From: Rhina ancylostomus
Lineage: Eukaryota
Assembly: GCA_030265395.1 (NCBI GenBank)
Contig: JARFYF010000001.1
Span: 31,677,901-31,741,900, forward strand
Reading direction: 5' to 3'
DNA: 64,000 nt
Made by a program: the position numbers and the translations under genes. The notes beneath the pieces were generated by a model. The model was not told where the DNA came from. It ran no database searches and was given only the letters and a program-made list of their open reading frames with translations. Of this stretch, positions 50,290 through 63,250 are shown one piece after another (the first letter of the stretch is position 1; every line of letters begins with the position of its first letter).

Positions 50290-51089
50290 NNNNNNNNNNN
50301 NNNNNNNNNNNNNNNNNNNNNNNNNNNNNNNNNNNNNNNNNNNNNNNNNNNNNNNNNNNNNNNNNNNNNNNNNNNNNNNNNNNNNNNNNNNNNNNNNNNN
50401 NNNNNNNNNNNNNNNNNNNNNNNNNNNNNNNNNNNNNNNNNNNNNNNNNNNNNNNNNNNNNNNNNNNNNNNNNNNNNNNNNNNNNNNNNNNNNNNNNNNN
50501 NNNNNNNNNNNNNNNNNNNNNNNNNNNNNNNNNNNNNNNNNNNNNNNNNNNNNNNNNNNNNNNNNNNNNNNNNNNNNNNNNNNNNNNNNNNNNNNNNNNN
50601 NNNNNNNNNNNNNNNNNNNNNNNNNNNNNNNNNNNNNNNNNNNNNNNNNNNNNNNNNNNNNNNNNNNNNNNNNNNNNNNNNNNNNNNNNNNNNNNNNNNN
50701 NNNNNNNNNNNNNNNNNNNNNNNNNNNNNNNNNNNNNNNNNNNNNNNNNNNNNNNNNNNNNNNNNNNNNNNNNNNNNNNNNNNNNNNNNNNNNNNNNNNN
50801 NNNNNNNNNNNNNNNNNNNNNNNNNNNNNNNNNNNNNNNNNNNNNNNNNNNNNNNNNNNNNNNNNNNNNNNNNNNNNNNNNNNNNNNNNNNNNNNNNNNN
50901 NNNNNNNNNNNNNNNNNNNNNNNNNNNNNNNNNNNNNNNNNNNNNNNNNNNNNNNNNNNNNNNNNNNNNNNNNNNNNNNNNNNNNNNNNNNNNNNNNNNN
51001 NNNNNNNNNNNNNNNNNNNNNNNNNNNNNNNNNNNNNNNNNNNNNNNNNNNNNNNNNNNNNNNNNNNNNNNNNNNNNNNNNNNNNNNNN

Positions 51090-51610
51090 AAGGCCAACAT
51101 GTAGGTGAAATAAGCAATTAGGAAAACATAGTACTTTATAATTTGAGTACAGGTGTAAGGAAGTTTTACTAGTTATATAGGGCCTTGTGTACTTTGGGCT
51201 CATCACCTAAGATAAGATACACTTGCCATAGGAGTGCAGTGCAGATTTACTAGACTGATTTCAGGAATGGTGGGTTTGTCATATGAGGAGAGATTGAGTA
51301 AAGTAGGCCTGTTTTGGCTAATGCTTAAAAGAATAACAGTGATTTCATTCTAATGTTGAGTTAGAATAAGAGTGAAGCTATTTAGGACCGATGAGAAACT
51401 CTGCCTTTGCAGAGTGGTGAATTTTTAGAATTCTTTAACCCAGAGGATCTAGTGGGCTAAAGGTTGAGTCTATTCAGAATTGAGATTGATAGATTTCCTA
51501 AGGGAACATGGATATAGTGCTGGAAAATGGTGTTGACATGGAAGATTAGCCCTGATGTTGATGAATGGCAGAGCAGGCTCTAAGGGCCAAATGGCCTACT
51601 CCTGATTTTG
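51090..51610 (+). mobile_element. CR1 LINE 3' end
   Basis: ggagtgcagtgcagatttactagactgatttcagg..gggccaaatggcctactcctg. Confidence 0.8.
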
Positions 51611-52543
51611 TTTTTTTGTGTGTGGCTTGTTTGGATCTGCACACATTATATCATGCAAGGCTCTGGCACTGCACAGACCTTGGCCATTTTATACCAGACC
51701 TTGTCTGTCAGTCGGTCCACATTAGAGAATCTGTGGAAATGCAGTACAAACTCTGTAAATCAGTCAGCAGTTTGTTGGCAGCAGCAAGTTCTGGTGCAGT
51801 GAAATTCCCGTAAGAGCCACATCAATTCCTGTAGGGAGTCTTTATTCCATGAGGCATATTAAGAATTTTGATATAAAAGATGCAAGATTTGAGGGGATAC
51901 ATATGAGTGCAAAAGTTCAATTTGCAATGTAAAATCAAAATGCTATATACTGGAAATCTGAAACTAAAATGATGTGAGGAATATGCAGCAGCATAGGCAG
52001 GATCCTTGGAAATATTTTAAGTCCATGATCTTTTGGGGTCATTGTCCTGAAATATTAACTGCATTTCTCTCTTTGTGATGCTGCCTGATCTGCTGAGCAC
52101 ATTCATTATTTAACTTTTTTCCGGTTTAAAATTGCAAAAATAACTCGTTGGAAATAAGTTTTGGAGTTTCCCAGATTTGGTTTAATCCAGAACTTGGAAT
52201 CAACATCCTGTAAGATTCATTTCTTATCTATTAAACCTAGTTTTTTTTTAAAAATTAGACACTGACAAAAAACTTCATGCTGTTGTTGCAGCATGTGCTT
52301 GTGATCTCCCAGTCTGTATGGCAGAATGTTTCAGCCACAAATACTATCTTTTGATACTTGTCTATATAAAATCTACATTGGTTTACTTCATTTATGATAG
52401 CACATACTTATCTAGTTGTACACATTTTGCAATGGTACTGGAGTTTCTGGAAAAGAATATCTAAAAGAATAGAAAAATGCCGTGATAAGGTAAATGCTTG
52501 GATAAATGGTAACTTTTTTACTCTTTACACTTATATGTAAAAG

Positions 52544-52668
52544 ATAATGGAAGACAAAAGCTGCTTATTGAAGAAACTGGAGATCAGTGTGTCAGAAGCG
52601 GAAAAACGAACTGGAAAAAATGCAATGAACATGCAGGAGGTTTATACAGTATACCTCATTGAAACAAG
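52544..52668 (+). CDS. SNX4: Sorting nexin-4, exon 2 (start of PX domain)
   Basis: IMEDKSCLLKKLEISVSEAEKRTGKNAMNMQEVYTVYLIET(R) matches human SNX4 LKKIEISVSEAEKRTGRNAMNMQETYTAYLIETR. Acceptor taaaag, donor AG|gtatct (phase 2). Confidence 0.93.
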
Positions 52669-55559
52669 GTATCTATAACTACAATCCAAATTTGAGATTT
52701 AAATTTTAACTTATGACTTTAGTATTCAATAATTAGTATGTTTTCATAAGGTTTTGGACTATCTACGTTATGATTTAAGAAGCCCTCCTGGATGCACCCA
52801 ATAAATGCTGCCCTGAATAAACCTCTTGCACTAAGGAGGTCCCAGTCCATATTAGAGAAATTGAAGTCACCCACTACAGCCCTATTGTTTTTGCACCTTT
52901 TCCTTCTTACTGTTTTGATGTGCTCCTGTGACTATATGGTATAAAACCACCAATCAAATCATTTGAATCTACTCTTGCTGCTGCTAATGTGATTTATTGT
53001 GATTTACTGCTTGTTGGTTAAATGCAGTGTATTTGTTTACAGATTTAAGAATATTTGAAATCCTGATGAAATCCACTGTCCTGTTATGTAACCGAGATGC
53101 TTCTTGTATTTCAGTGGTCACTTAGCGCATGACTATTTCGATTGACTCTATATTTTGTGCAATTTATTTTTCTTCAGTTGACTGGATAGTACAATGGCTT
53201 AAAAAGACTGACTTTTCAGTACAATAAGAGTAGGAAGATACTTGCAGTTTATGTGTGAATTTCTTTTGCAATGGACAAGAAAACTAAGCAACTGGAGGCT
53301 TGCATGTCCTCCTGATTATGCTAATAATTGGGGAAAAAAATGTATGTGCAAAAATCTCTTGTACCTTGCATTGAGGGGAAAATAGTTGTTAGCTGCTTAC
53401 TATTTACCCATTTTTCATTAGAATTAACACTTCTGATTTTCAGTGATGCATACCTAGATTAAAATACTGAAGTTGCTATATTTTGGATCCCCACTGAGAT
53501 ATTGTGCAGTAGGGGAAGCGGTGGTGAAAAGGCCAAAATAAATTATCTGCATGAAGCCAGATCAGGAAGTTACTCTCATCATTTTTCTGTCCTGTCCCTA
53601 TAGCCTTAGATTTCCATGGAGGAATCAATCAATTTTGGTTTTCAACCTCAAGAACTCTGTGGGTAGAGAATTCCAAAGATTCACCATGCCTTTACTAAAA
53701 ATAAATGCACCTCATTTCGGTCCTAAGTGGCCCATCCCTTATTCTGAAACTTGTTACCTTGGGCTGAGAGAGCAGCAAGAGAGGAATGACAAATTCGAAA
53801 ATGAATTGTTAGATGGCATTTCTCCTTTTGTTGTTTGAATTACTGGGTGATTTGGAACTTTGTAGTTGGCCAGAAATGTACAGCCATATGTCTGGAAGTT
53901 CTGGGAACATTGAATACATTAGCAGTGCATAATACTAAATTGAATTTTCACTCATAACTGGGAGATCTTGAGCGCCTCCTTGCATTTTCCTAGAAGCAAA
54001 CTTGCACTGAAGTTGCATTTTTAATGCTGCTACAGCATGTATTAAATTGTTAACTGTTGATCTGTGCAAAATTAAATTTTAGACTTTGTAAATGAACTTT
54101 GAACTTTTCCGAAAGTGTGACCAAGTGTCAGTTTTACTTAATTTTATTAAAAATCCTTTTTATTTCTTTAAATTGGTGTAAACCTCCCTGTTTTCAGCTA
54201 ACTTTTAATCTGGCATTCTGAAGGGTGTATGGAAGTGAGCTCCTTGTGCTATAATTAATTGATTTGTTAGAATGTTTTTCCTCTTTCTGTGCCCTTAAAA
54301 CTATCACTAGGTTGTCATGTTTACTGTGTCATACAGTCTGAAGTTATTGGATAATATATCTTAAATGCAAAAGGAAATGAGAAGAAAATAGAACAGGCTT
54401 AGTACTGAATGGATTTGGCATGTGATGGTCTGAATCCTTGTTGATATTCATTGGAAATTTTAATTGAATCCATGTGGTTCATTTGTAGGAGGTGAAATAG
54501 CTTCTGTATACTGCTGCTCATTACAAAAGATGAGCTAACTGGTGTGGGTGTATATTTATTTCAGAATTCTTTACTTCTAGCTTTTTCACATTCTGCCCTT
54601 GATACTGTTTTTGTACACAGGGCTGAACATGCTATGCCACAAAGAATTCTTTTTAAATTTCAACAATATTTTTAATGAGAGATTTATTATTCTACTCCCT
54701 ATTCCACGTGAACATAAGTGGTTCTAAACTCTCTCTTGCTATAACGTAACTAAGTGTCCCAGCTAGAGTGATTCACAAGTGAAAATGGGAGCGGTTGTAG
54801 GAAGGGAGGAAAAGCTTTTGGTGATTTATAGTGTCAATCCTTTGAAAGGATAAAATATTTTATTTTTCCTTCTCAATCTGATTTGCTTTTATGCTTCCAA
54901 TAATTACCATCAAATTCATGTTTTTTGTTATTGTTGGTAAGATTAGGTTATATCCACTGGTGTTATAAGCAGATAACTAGGTTATTCTGTCAGTGTAAGG
55001 GTACAGAAAGAGGAAAAGCATTCTAACAAATCAACTAATTGAGTTAGCTATTTCTAGTAAAACTTACCAAATACTTTATAGATCTTTTTCACTTTATGCA
55101 TTTAATGGGATTTAAGTTCAAGGCAAACAGTAGTTAGTAGCTCTTTTTTTAAAAAATTGGAGGAATGCTATTTACCCAATTTAGAGTGGGTAAAGTTAGA
55201 AATAAGCATTAAACTCATTGAATTAGAAACTTATTGCACTGAATAATGCAGCAACTTTTCTGTTTTTTGCCACTTCCTTAGCATCTTTGTCTGCTCAGCC
55301 TATAGGCTCTCAAGTGACTTTGATACAACAAAAGCAAATTGTTCTACACTTTAACAACATGATAAATTCTGTTAATGTGATTTGCAGCCTAGGTTTGTCC
55401 TTGTTTCCTGTCACATGTAACACTTTTTTGCTCTTCCTTCCCCCTCACTATCCCACTATTTGTTCTTTTTATTCTGAAGGAGAAACAGTTTGCTGACAAG
55501 CTGGAAGATGATTCCCAGTCAGTTTTTGAATGGGTTCATAACCATCAAGGCTGTCTGGG

Positions 55560-56000
55560 TCTCCACCTAACCTTCAACAAATGCAGGAGTGGTGCTAACC
55601 TTCAGGACCATCAAGAAACTGTTCAACCAACAGTGACTACACTCCAGAACAAAGGATGACCCAATCCTGGCAGTTAGGCTGCAGTATGCAGAAGATGCTT
55701 GTGTTTGCATGCACTCAGATACCAGGCTACAAGCCACTATTAGCTGTTTCACTGAAGCATATGAGAGGATGGGCCTTTTATTCAACATATGACAATCCTG
55801 TACCAATCTGCTCCCACTGAACCACAATGTCCTCTGACAATAAACGTTCATGGCATGGCCCTGGACAATGTTGATCACTTCCCATATCTCAGGAGTCACC
55901 TTCCAGTAAAGGCAGATACCAGTTATGAAATTCATCACAGCCTTCAATGTGCAGGCACAACCTATGGTTCATTTTTGGGGGAAAAGAGTATTTGAAAGTC
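55560..56000 (+). mobile_element. RTE LINE RT fragment
   Basis: ctgcagtatgcagaagatgct (LQYADDA-like); INVHGMALDNVDHFPYLRSHL. Same family as 9700-10630. Confidence 0.8.
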
Positions 56001-56972
56001 AGGATCACTCACATGGCTCAAAACTTGTAATCCACAATCTAATCCTCCTCCCACCATAGCCTCTGACTTCTGTTTATGTGCATTCCTTAGCTTCAGTCTT
56101 TTCCATTCTTTCTCATGTATTATCATGTTGGTCCTATGGTTTCTAAATGGCAATTCATTGTTTATTTTGTGTGGCTTCTACTATAACATATTAGTTTGTA
56201 TATCTCAAAAATAAAATCACTAAATAATGTCAGTTGTCTTGAATAATATTTAGATTCATGGTTTATGTAACTTCAAAGTCAGACCATTTTGTTTTTTTTT
56301 TGTAACTCGTATCATGACTACTTATGACTACTTCAGATCAAGTTTGGGCCCAAACTCTCAAGCTGAATGAAGGGTGATCTTACTGAAATTTTGTACAAGG
56401 AAAATGCAGGATATTTTCCCTAGTGGAGTGCCTACAGCCAGGGTTCAGTGTTAATAAGAGATTTGGCTGACCTGAGATGATGAGAAACTTCACCCAGAGA
56501 TTAATGAATTTTTGGAATTCTGTACTCACAAGGGGTGTAGAGGTTCAGCTGTCGAGTGTGGATGTATGTGTATGTATATTTTTATATATATTTTCCCCCT
56601 TATTATCCAAAAGTCTACGAATATGGAGTTCATGTTGGAAAGTGATGCTGTTTCTTTGATAAGATCACGGCTGAGGTTTTTTTTAAAATGAAGGCAAGCA
56701 TGAGGAACAAAGAACCTACTGCTGCTTATGTTCTCAGTGGTAAATTTGCACAGAAATTTCTTTCTAAGAACTTTTTGAACAGGTGAAGGTCTGGCTTTGC
56801 ATAATTAGGAAAATGAAAATACTGTCCATATTGAATGCATCTGGTTTGCTTAGAAATGTCTGTTTGCAAGGTTTTTAACTTGGAGGGATATTGCATTTAT
56901 TAGTCTGTACCCAGAGATTGCTGTTTTGATGTGAACGTTAACCTTTTAATTCTGATTTGTTTCCTCATGCAG

Positions 56973-57111
56973 GCCTGTTAATTCTCAAAATGAAGATGAG
57001 AATTGTGTACCAGACTCTCTCTGGAGGAGATACAGTGAATTTGAATTGCTAAGGAGTTATTTAGTTGTTGCTTATCCCTGTATAGTGGTGCCCCCTCTGC
57101 CTGAAAAAAGG
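56973..57111 (+). CDS. SNX4: Sorting nexin-4, exon 3 (PX core)
   Basis: (R)PVNSQNEDENCVPDSLWRRYSEFELLRSYLVVAYPCIVVPPLPEKR contains the PX motifs RRYSEF and PPLPEK. Acceptor catgcag, donor AGG|gtaagt. Confidence 0.96.
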
Positions 57112-57733
57112 GTAAGTAATGCAAGAAATTCAAGTCAATATTCTATTTTCTTACAAAGGTACCCTCTCCCATTAACTTCAGAGAATGCAATTGGTTGAAC
57201 TAAGTTGATAGGAAAAGGGCCTCTTTGTAATCATATCCTATATGTGAACTATGGATAGAAATACAAGGCTNNNNNNNNNNNNNNNNNNNNNNNNNNNNNN
57301 NNNNNNNNNNNNNNNNNNNNNNNNNNNNNNNNNNNNNNNNNNNNNNNNNNNNNNNNNNNNNNNNNNNNNNNNNTGTTTGATCCATACTCTGTATTAAATA
57401 TAGTCGAGCTTTTGCAGTAGACTGAAGCTTTTAAAGCTATCAATTTACTAGGCAAATTGGACTCTTGGCAAATTGGACTTCTAAACTATAGTGTAATTGA
57501 ACCATCCTAATAGGATATCGTAGCATTTATTACCAGCATTTATTGACTCGGCAATACTTCTGAGATCATGATACTTCAGCAAAGTTGTACTTAAGTGGGT
57601 ATTTGCATTCTGCCAGATGTTTAAAGGACAAATTTAAAGCAGATCTCTGGAATCAAGATTACAACATATAGAAAATGTATGTGCATGAGGGTTGTCCCAC
57701 TTTGTGGATTGTTTTGTTATATGCCTACTGGGT

Positions 57734-57990
57734 AAGATATCTTTATTAGTCACGTGCACATTGAAACACAGTGAAATGCACCCTTTGCTTAAAGTGTTCT
57801 GGGGGCAGCCTGCAAGTGTCACCATGCTTCTGGCGCCAACATAGCATGCCCACAATTTCCTAACTCGTACGTCTTTGGAATGTGGGAGGAAACCCACGCA
57901 GACATGGGGAGAACGTACAAACTCCTTACAGACAGTGGCCAGAATTGAATCCGGGTCGCTGGCACTGCAAAGCTTTATGCTAACAGCTAC
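57734..57990 (-). mobile_element. V-SINE with Rex1-like tail (copy 3)
   Basis: aagatatctttattagtcacgtgcacattgaaacacagtgaaatgca..gaattgaatccgggtcgctggc. Confidence 0.8.
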
Positions 57991-58229
57991 AAATGCTGAG
58001 ACACAAGGGGAGAAACTTGGTCCTTTGGATAGTGTCTGTGAATTATACTCCACTATGAAACTTCAGTTCTATTGACTTCTGTGGAGTCTTTTAAGAAACT
58101 GAGTAGTGTACACAAAATTGTAAGTTTAACATGGCTAATTGAAGGACAAATCTTTAGAAGAAAATTAATATGTACACAAACTCTGTGCATTAGAACAACT
58201 GAATAGTCTCAGATCTACAATCTATTCAA

Positions 58230-59330
58230 ACTGTTTAAACTTAGTTTAAGGATTGGATATATGGCAAATGCAAAGTAGTTGAAGTTGTATTTGGAGCTTG
58301 TAAATGCAAATATGGTCAAAATATTGTACAGAAATGTGGTGCAAGGGCAATGCAGAGACCTGATTTGAGAAAGAGATGGCTGGGAACTTGATACTCCTGG
58401 CTACAAGGTATTGGAGGGAGTGGTGGGAAAAGATAACTATATTAATCAAATTCTTTAGTACTGGAGAGGGATAATGTCATTGAGAGACTATTAATAGTAA
58501 ATTGCAAAAGGAAGCAAGAGATACAGATTGGGGATTATGTGAGTATTTATTTTGCTTGGTTTGTCCTAAAATTGTATAAAGGGCAGTGTGAGGTTGGGAG
58601 GGTGGTTGACAGAGGATTGCAAATATTGCAATACTGTGTTTATACTGCCTTTTTTAAGTCTGTCCAGCTACAACTATAGGCCAGTCAGAACAACAGTGGT
58701 ATGTAATTCTTAGTAGACAATATTCTGGCAAAGAATTTGTAGTCTGAAAACTTGTAGGCAAATGAGTGGTCAGAATGCATTTGTTAAGATATACCACGTT
58801 TATCCATTTGATAAGTTCTTTGAAGAAATGGAAAAGAGAGGATTAACAGATATAATGGAATTTCAAAAGTTATTTTATGGAAGTACCTTAAAATAAACTT
58901 GTAATGGAATGAAAGCAGATGGCATTACAGTATATGTATAAATGTTGATAGATTTTTTCAAAACTATGAACTATACAGTGTTCCCCAGTGCCAATGTTAG
59001 GACTGCTGGATATTAATCATTTGAACGTGGGCATGCAAGGTATATTTTCTAAGTTTGCAGATGACATGAAATTGATGTCATAAATGAACAGCTTTGAAAT
59101 AGACTTTGGAGACAGACTAGTAAAATGATCAGGCACACTGGGAATGAAACTTGAGTGTTAATGCCTACATTTTAGTAGAAGCAAAGGAAAAGGCAATGTA
59201 AACTAAATAGTAACTTTTTTGAAGGGATGTAGGAGCTGAGGGACTTGAAGCTCATTTATAAATCAAAAACTTGGGGAGGCTATGCTGTAGTATTTAACAA
59301 AGCAATGAAATACAAAAACAAGGAATTGGA
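58230..59330 (+). mobile_element. Highly decayed CR1 LINE
   Basis: tctaagtttgcagatgacatgaaatt (SKFADD) at ~59050, plus endonuclease-like remnants. Confidence 0.6.
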
Positions 59331-60970
59331 GCAAAATAACTGCAGGTGTAGAAAATCTGAGACAAAAACTGCTGGAAACACGCAGCAAGTCGAGCAGCAT
59401 CAGTACTTGGGGGAACAATTGACATTTGGGTCAAGGACACGTCAGAACTGTGAGTGAGGAGTTAACTGTTTTGGGTTGCATACGGGGAGAATGGAGAGAA
59501 CAGTGACAGTGGCGGATTGGAGATGAAAGTTGGCAAGGTAGCAATTATTTAAAAAATCAACAGCAAGACTGATATGAACAGATGTACAGATCCTCCTCAG
59601 GTTACAAATACTTGACTTATGGACATCTCCAAAATACTCATCTGTATGTATGAGATCAGGTAGTTGGGGATGGATTTGCTGGCTGCAACAGGGCTGCAAG
59701 CAACTTCTAGCAGGTGGGAATGGGGCATTTCCTCATGCCTTGAGCTACAACAATCAGGGGCTGCACTGAGCTAAACAGAGCTGGGAGTGTTGAGCAGACT
59801 CACTTACTCACTCTCTGAATCAGTGAAGCCAGCTGGGGGTGGTCCTACCTGCACCTGCTTGCTCTCCCATCATAGCTATTTCTGTGATCCTCCTCCCCAC
59901 ACAGTTTTTGTTCCAGGTTTCTCAAGAATGGAACCCTGTCATAACCCATGAAGGACCTGTAGCACTAATTGGGTCTCAGTGGGAATAGTGTTTCAGTAGT
60001 GATGCTCAGAACTAAAAAGGAGTTGAGTTCTTGAAAATATTTCAGTAAACCTCTTGCACTAATATCAGCAAAGGAGGATTTGTATGTAGAGATTCTCAAA
60101 AATTTGGCTGAAGTGTTGATGCAAAGAAGGCTTGGAGGATAATTGGTAAGTGAATTAAGAGGTGTTAAAATGTTAACAACCAGAGAATGCTGATCATAAG
60201 ATTAATACCAGAAGTGAAATGAAGATTTTTTAAAACACAGCATCCTGTTCTGAAAAGTATCACCTGGAAGTGTCCTTAAAAGGTGCCAATCCATTTTCCT
60301 TATTGCTTAATCAGGAGCCAACCTAGATTTGCAATACCTTGGTTTTTATAACTCTTCTTGTTTTCAATTCCTTCCATGATGTCTGCCCTCTACTATTCAT
60401 CTCCAGCCCCTCTTGTTGATCTGGTTCTTGGAACAAAGCTGTATGTTGCCCTCCCAGTCTGGAGAACAACCTTTTGGTCAATTTTGCTTTTCATTTTTAA
60501 TTAATTTCACACCTAAGTTGACACTAATCCTCCTATCCAATGTCCCTCAGTTTTGTTAATCAGCATTTTGTAATATTCTATCCAAAAGGATTTTGAGAAA
60601 GCATTTGACAGAATCTTCTGCATTGTCTTCAAGCTTTTGTTACTTGATCAAAAAAAATTAAGATCATCAAACACCTGCCTTGTGGGGGTGGGATTTGAAA
60701 ATCAATGCTAGCAGAGTTGACTTTGTTTTTCCCCTTGAACCTTGCCCATAACTGTTATGCAGTGACTCATTCTATATGACATCGTGGACATGTGTAATGA
60801 GTTCATATTGACGTGAAAACCTATGAACTTATTGGGAAGTCCATGTTTAGAATTTTGACTAGATGTCAGGGTGAGATAGTGAAGGTAAAACTTGCAATCA
60901 TTTGAGAGAGTTTGGATAATGAAACAATTGGAATGAATTGAATAACCTCTCTTTTATTGATTCATTGCAG

Positions 60971-61120
60971 GCTGAATTTGTCTGGCATAAACTATCTGCC
61001 GATAACATGGATCCTGATTTTGTTGAACGACGAAGGATTGGACTTGAAAACTTTCTTTTGCGCGTTGCTTCTCATTCTGTTCTCTCTCTTGACACAATCT
61101 TCTATTTATTTTTAACACGG
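60971..61120 (+). CDS. SNX4: Sorting nexin-4, exon 4
   Basis: 150 nt encoding AEFVWHKLSADNMDPDFVERRRIGLENFLLRVASHSVLSLDTIFYLFLTR. Acceptor ttgcag, donor CGG|gtattg. Confidence 0.96.
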
Positions 61121-62170
61121 GTATTGGATGGTTATTTTGTTTCAATTTCTATGTTTTTGGCACCACTTATCATAAAATTCAGTATGTTTAACTTTGGCAT
61201 GTTTAGTGTGGATGGAGTGAGAAAGATATTTTTAAATGTACTGGGTACAGCCAAGAGTTCTGTTATAAGCTGAGTTTCCAAGTATTGAGCATGTGATTAA
61301 GGTCGTTGCCTTATTCTTGAGCTGTTTCTATTCTTGACAAATTTTTTACTTTTTAATATGGACAGTTTGTCCTAAAATAATGGTTCATTCTGCTTGGAAG
61401 TCACTGCAGTAATACTTCAGTTATTTTTCTTTCTTGAGCTATGTGGTTGTGGAAGCAAGTGTCACTCCAAATATTCGGTACATAACTGCTCGAATCTTAG
61501 AAAATTTAGATTCAGGAAAAATAACACCTGTGACTGCTCTGATGCGGTTTTACAAAAGGCTTATTGCAAACTTGCAGAATCTAAAGTCAAACCTCACTAG
61601 TGCAAATGTAGCTAGTTTCATTCTCCAACTTGGTTTTCCCACTGACATAAAGACTAAAGATGCTGAAATTTGGAGCAACAAACAATCTGCCAGAGGAATT
61701 TAGGTCGAGCAGCACTTTTTGGTGGGGGTGTTAGGATTTGTCAATGTGTTTGGTCAAAGCCCTACGTCGGGGTCAATAATGCTGCTCAACCTGCTGAGTT
61801 CCTCCAGCAGTTTGCTTGTTGATCTTCCTGGATCTGCATGTGTCTGTCCATTGCAAGGAGTGGGTTAAAGTACTATGTCACAAGATGTTCCTGCTTCAAA
61901 ACTATTTGCCCATTGCTTTCAAATTGAGAAATAGGAGAAAATCGTTAATTTCCCAGATTAAAAATACCTGTAAATCAATTTTGAGCATCTGCCAAATTGC
62001 AGATATCAAATAATTAGAGAAAATTGCTGTGATATTGTTTATAAGCAAGTTTACAAAATAGTTCCATAGGTCAAATGTACACAACTTTTTTAAAACAGTG
62101 AACTTGTTATTGTATATGAAATGTATTTTAAATTTAAAATTTATGAAGCTGGATATTTAAATCCTTTTAG

Positions 62171-62218
62171 GAGAATGGTTGGAAAGAAGCAGTAAATGAA
62201 TCGGGATTCCAAGCCAAG
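62171..62218 (+). CDS. SNX4: Sorting nexin-4, exon 5
   Basis: 48 nt encoding ENGWKEAVNESGFQAK (human EGNWKETVNETGFQLK). Acceptor ccttttag, donor AAG|gtaagt. Confidence 0.94.
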
Positions 62219-62999
62219 GTAAGTTGCACACTTTACTATTTGGCAAAGTAAATTGGGAAATATGAGCTATAATAATTTAATGTTCTTTAAATGCAGAGCA
62301 TGATTTTGTATCAAGCAAAGTTATGCTAGGACAACAAATTAATTTTGTACATGGAATAGCAATGTTTCACACTTTTCAGCAATGTTGAAATTGTATTGAA
62401 GTTAGAGTTGAGCATCAAGGGTTTTGGAGTTCAGATTGAATTTCGGAGAGAGTATCTTTTTGACCTTGTTTCGAAGCATTCCATTTAAAAATGTTTCCAG
62501 TCCATTCTATTTTTTTCTACCTTAGAAATATAGAAAAACCACAGCACAATTCAGGCCCTTCGGCCCACAAAGCTGTGCTGAACATGTCCCTACCCTACCT
62601 TGAGCAATGCACGCACACTATACCAGTTGTTTTGGGGAGGCCATTCTTGTATTCTCTTGGTTAATCAGCATTTTGAAATAAGAAGTGAATGCAAAAAGGA
62701 ATGTTATCTGAAAAAAGGAATTCCATAATTATTTAGAACTAGGTGAAACATAGCTGTTCCTTAAAATGCCATTCAATAGATTGGAGACATTAACTTGAAG
62801 AACACCTCTTTTGAGATTTTAAAGTACTCCAATCCATTGATTCTGTACCAAAATGAAATGCATCTCTATGGGGGGGGGGAGGTGGAGGGATTTAAAAACA
62901 AACTCCTGGGAGCAATGAATCAAATGTTAATGTTAAAAACAATGCTTGTATCTTTTTTCTGCACATGTGTATACTAAAAGTGTTCATGGGGGGATAAAA

Positions 63000-63250
63000 A
63001 AGGGGTGACCCTGTGGCTCAAGCCATGCCTCCATTGCTGCAAGTATAGAGTTCGCACATTCTCTCTGTGACTTCTGGGTTTTCCCATGGGTGCTGATTTC
63101 CTCCACATTCCAAGTATGTGTGGGCCAGTAGGTAAATTGCCCCTAGAGTGCAAGTGAGAAGTAGAATCTGGGGCTTGATGTGAATACAAGGATTGGGATT
63201 TCTCTGAGCTGGCATAGATTTGATGGACCAAAATTTCGCCCTTCTATGCC
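63000..63250 (+). mobile_element. V-SINE with CR1/HER1 tail
   Basis: gttcgcacattctctctgtgacttctgggttttcc..ggtaaattgcccctagagtg..ggcatagatttgatggacc. Confidence 0.7.

Noticed and set aside
50039-51206. Long ORFs crossing N runs (also 3692-4388, 12331-12676, 49286-50002)
   Set aside because: Artefacts of Ns. The N runs mostly fall inside repeats and look like masking or gaps; their content cannot be assessed.
61434-61703. 89-aa ORF or intronic snoRNA in SNX4 intron 4
   Set aside because: Non-ATG start, no family resemblance, the end runs into a repeat, and there is no convincing C/D or H/ACA box arrangement.
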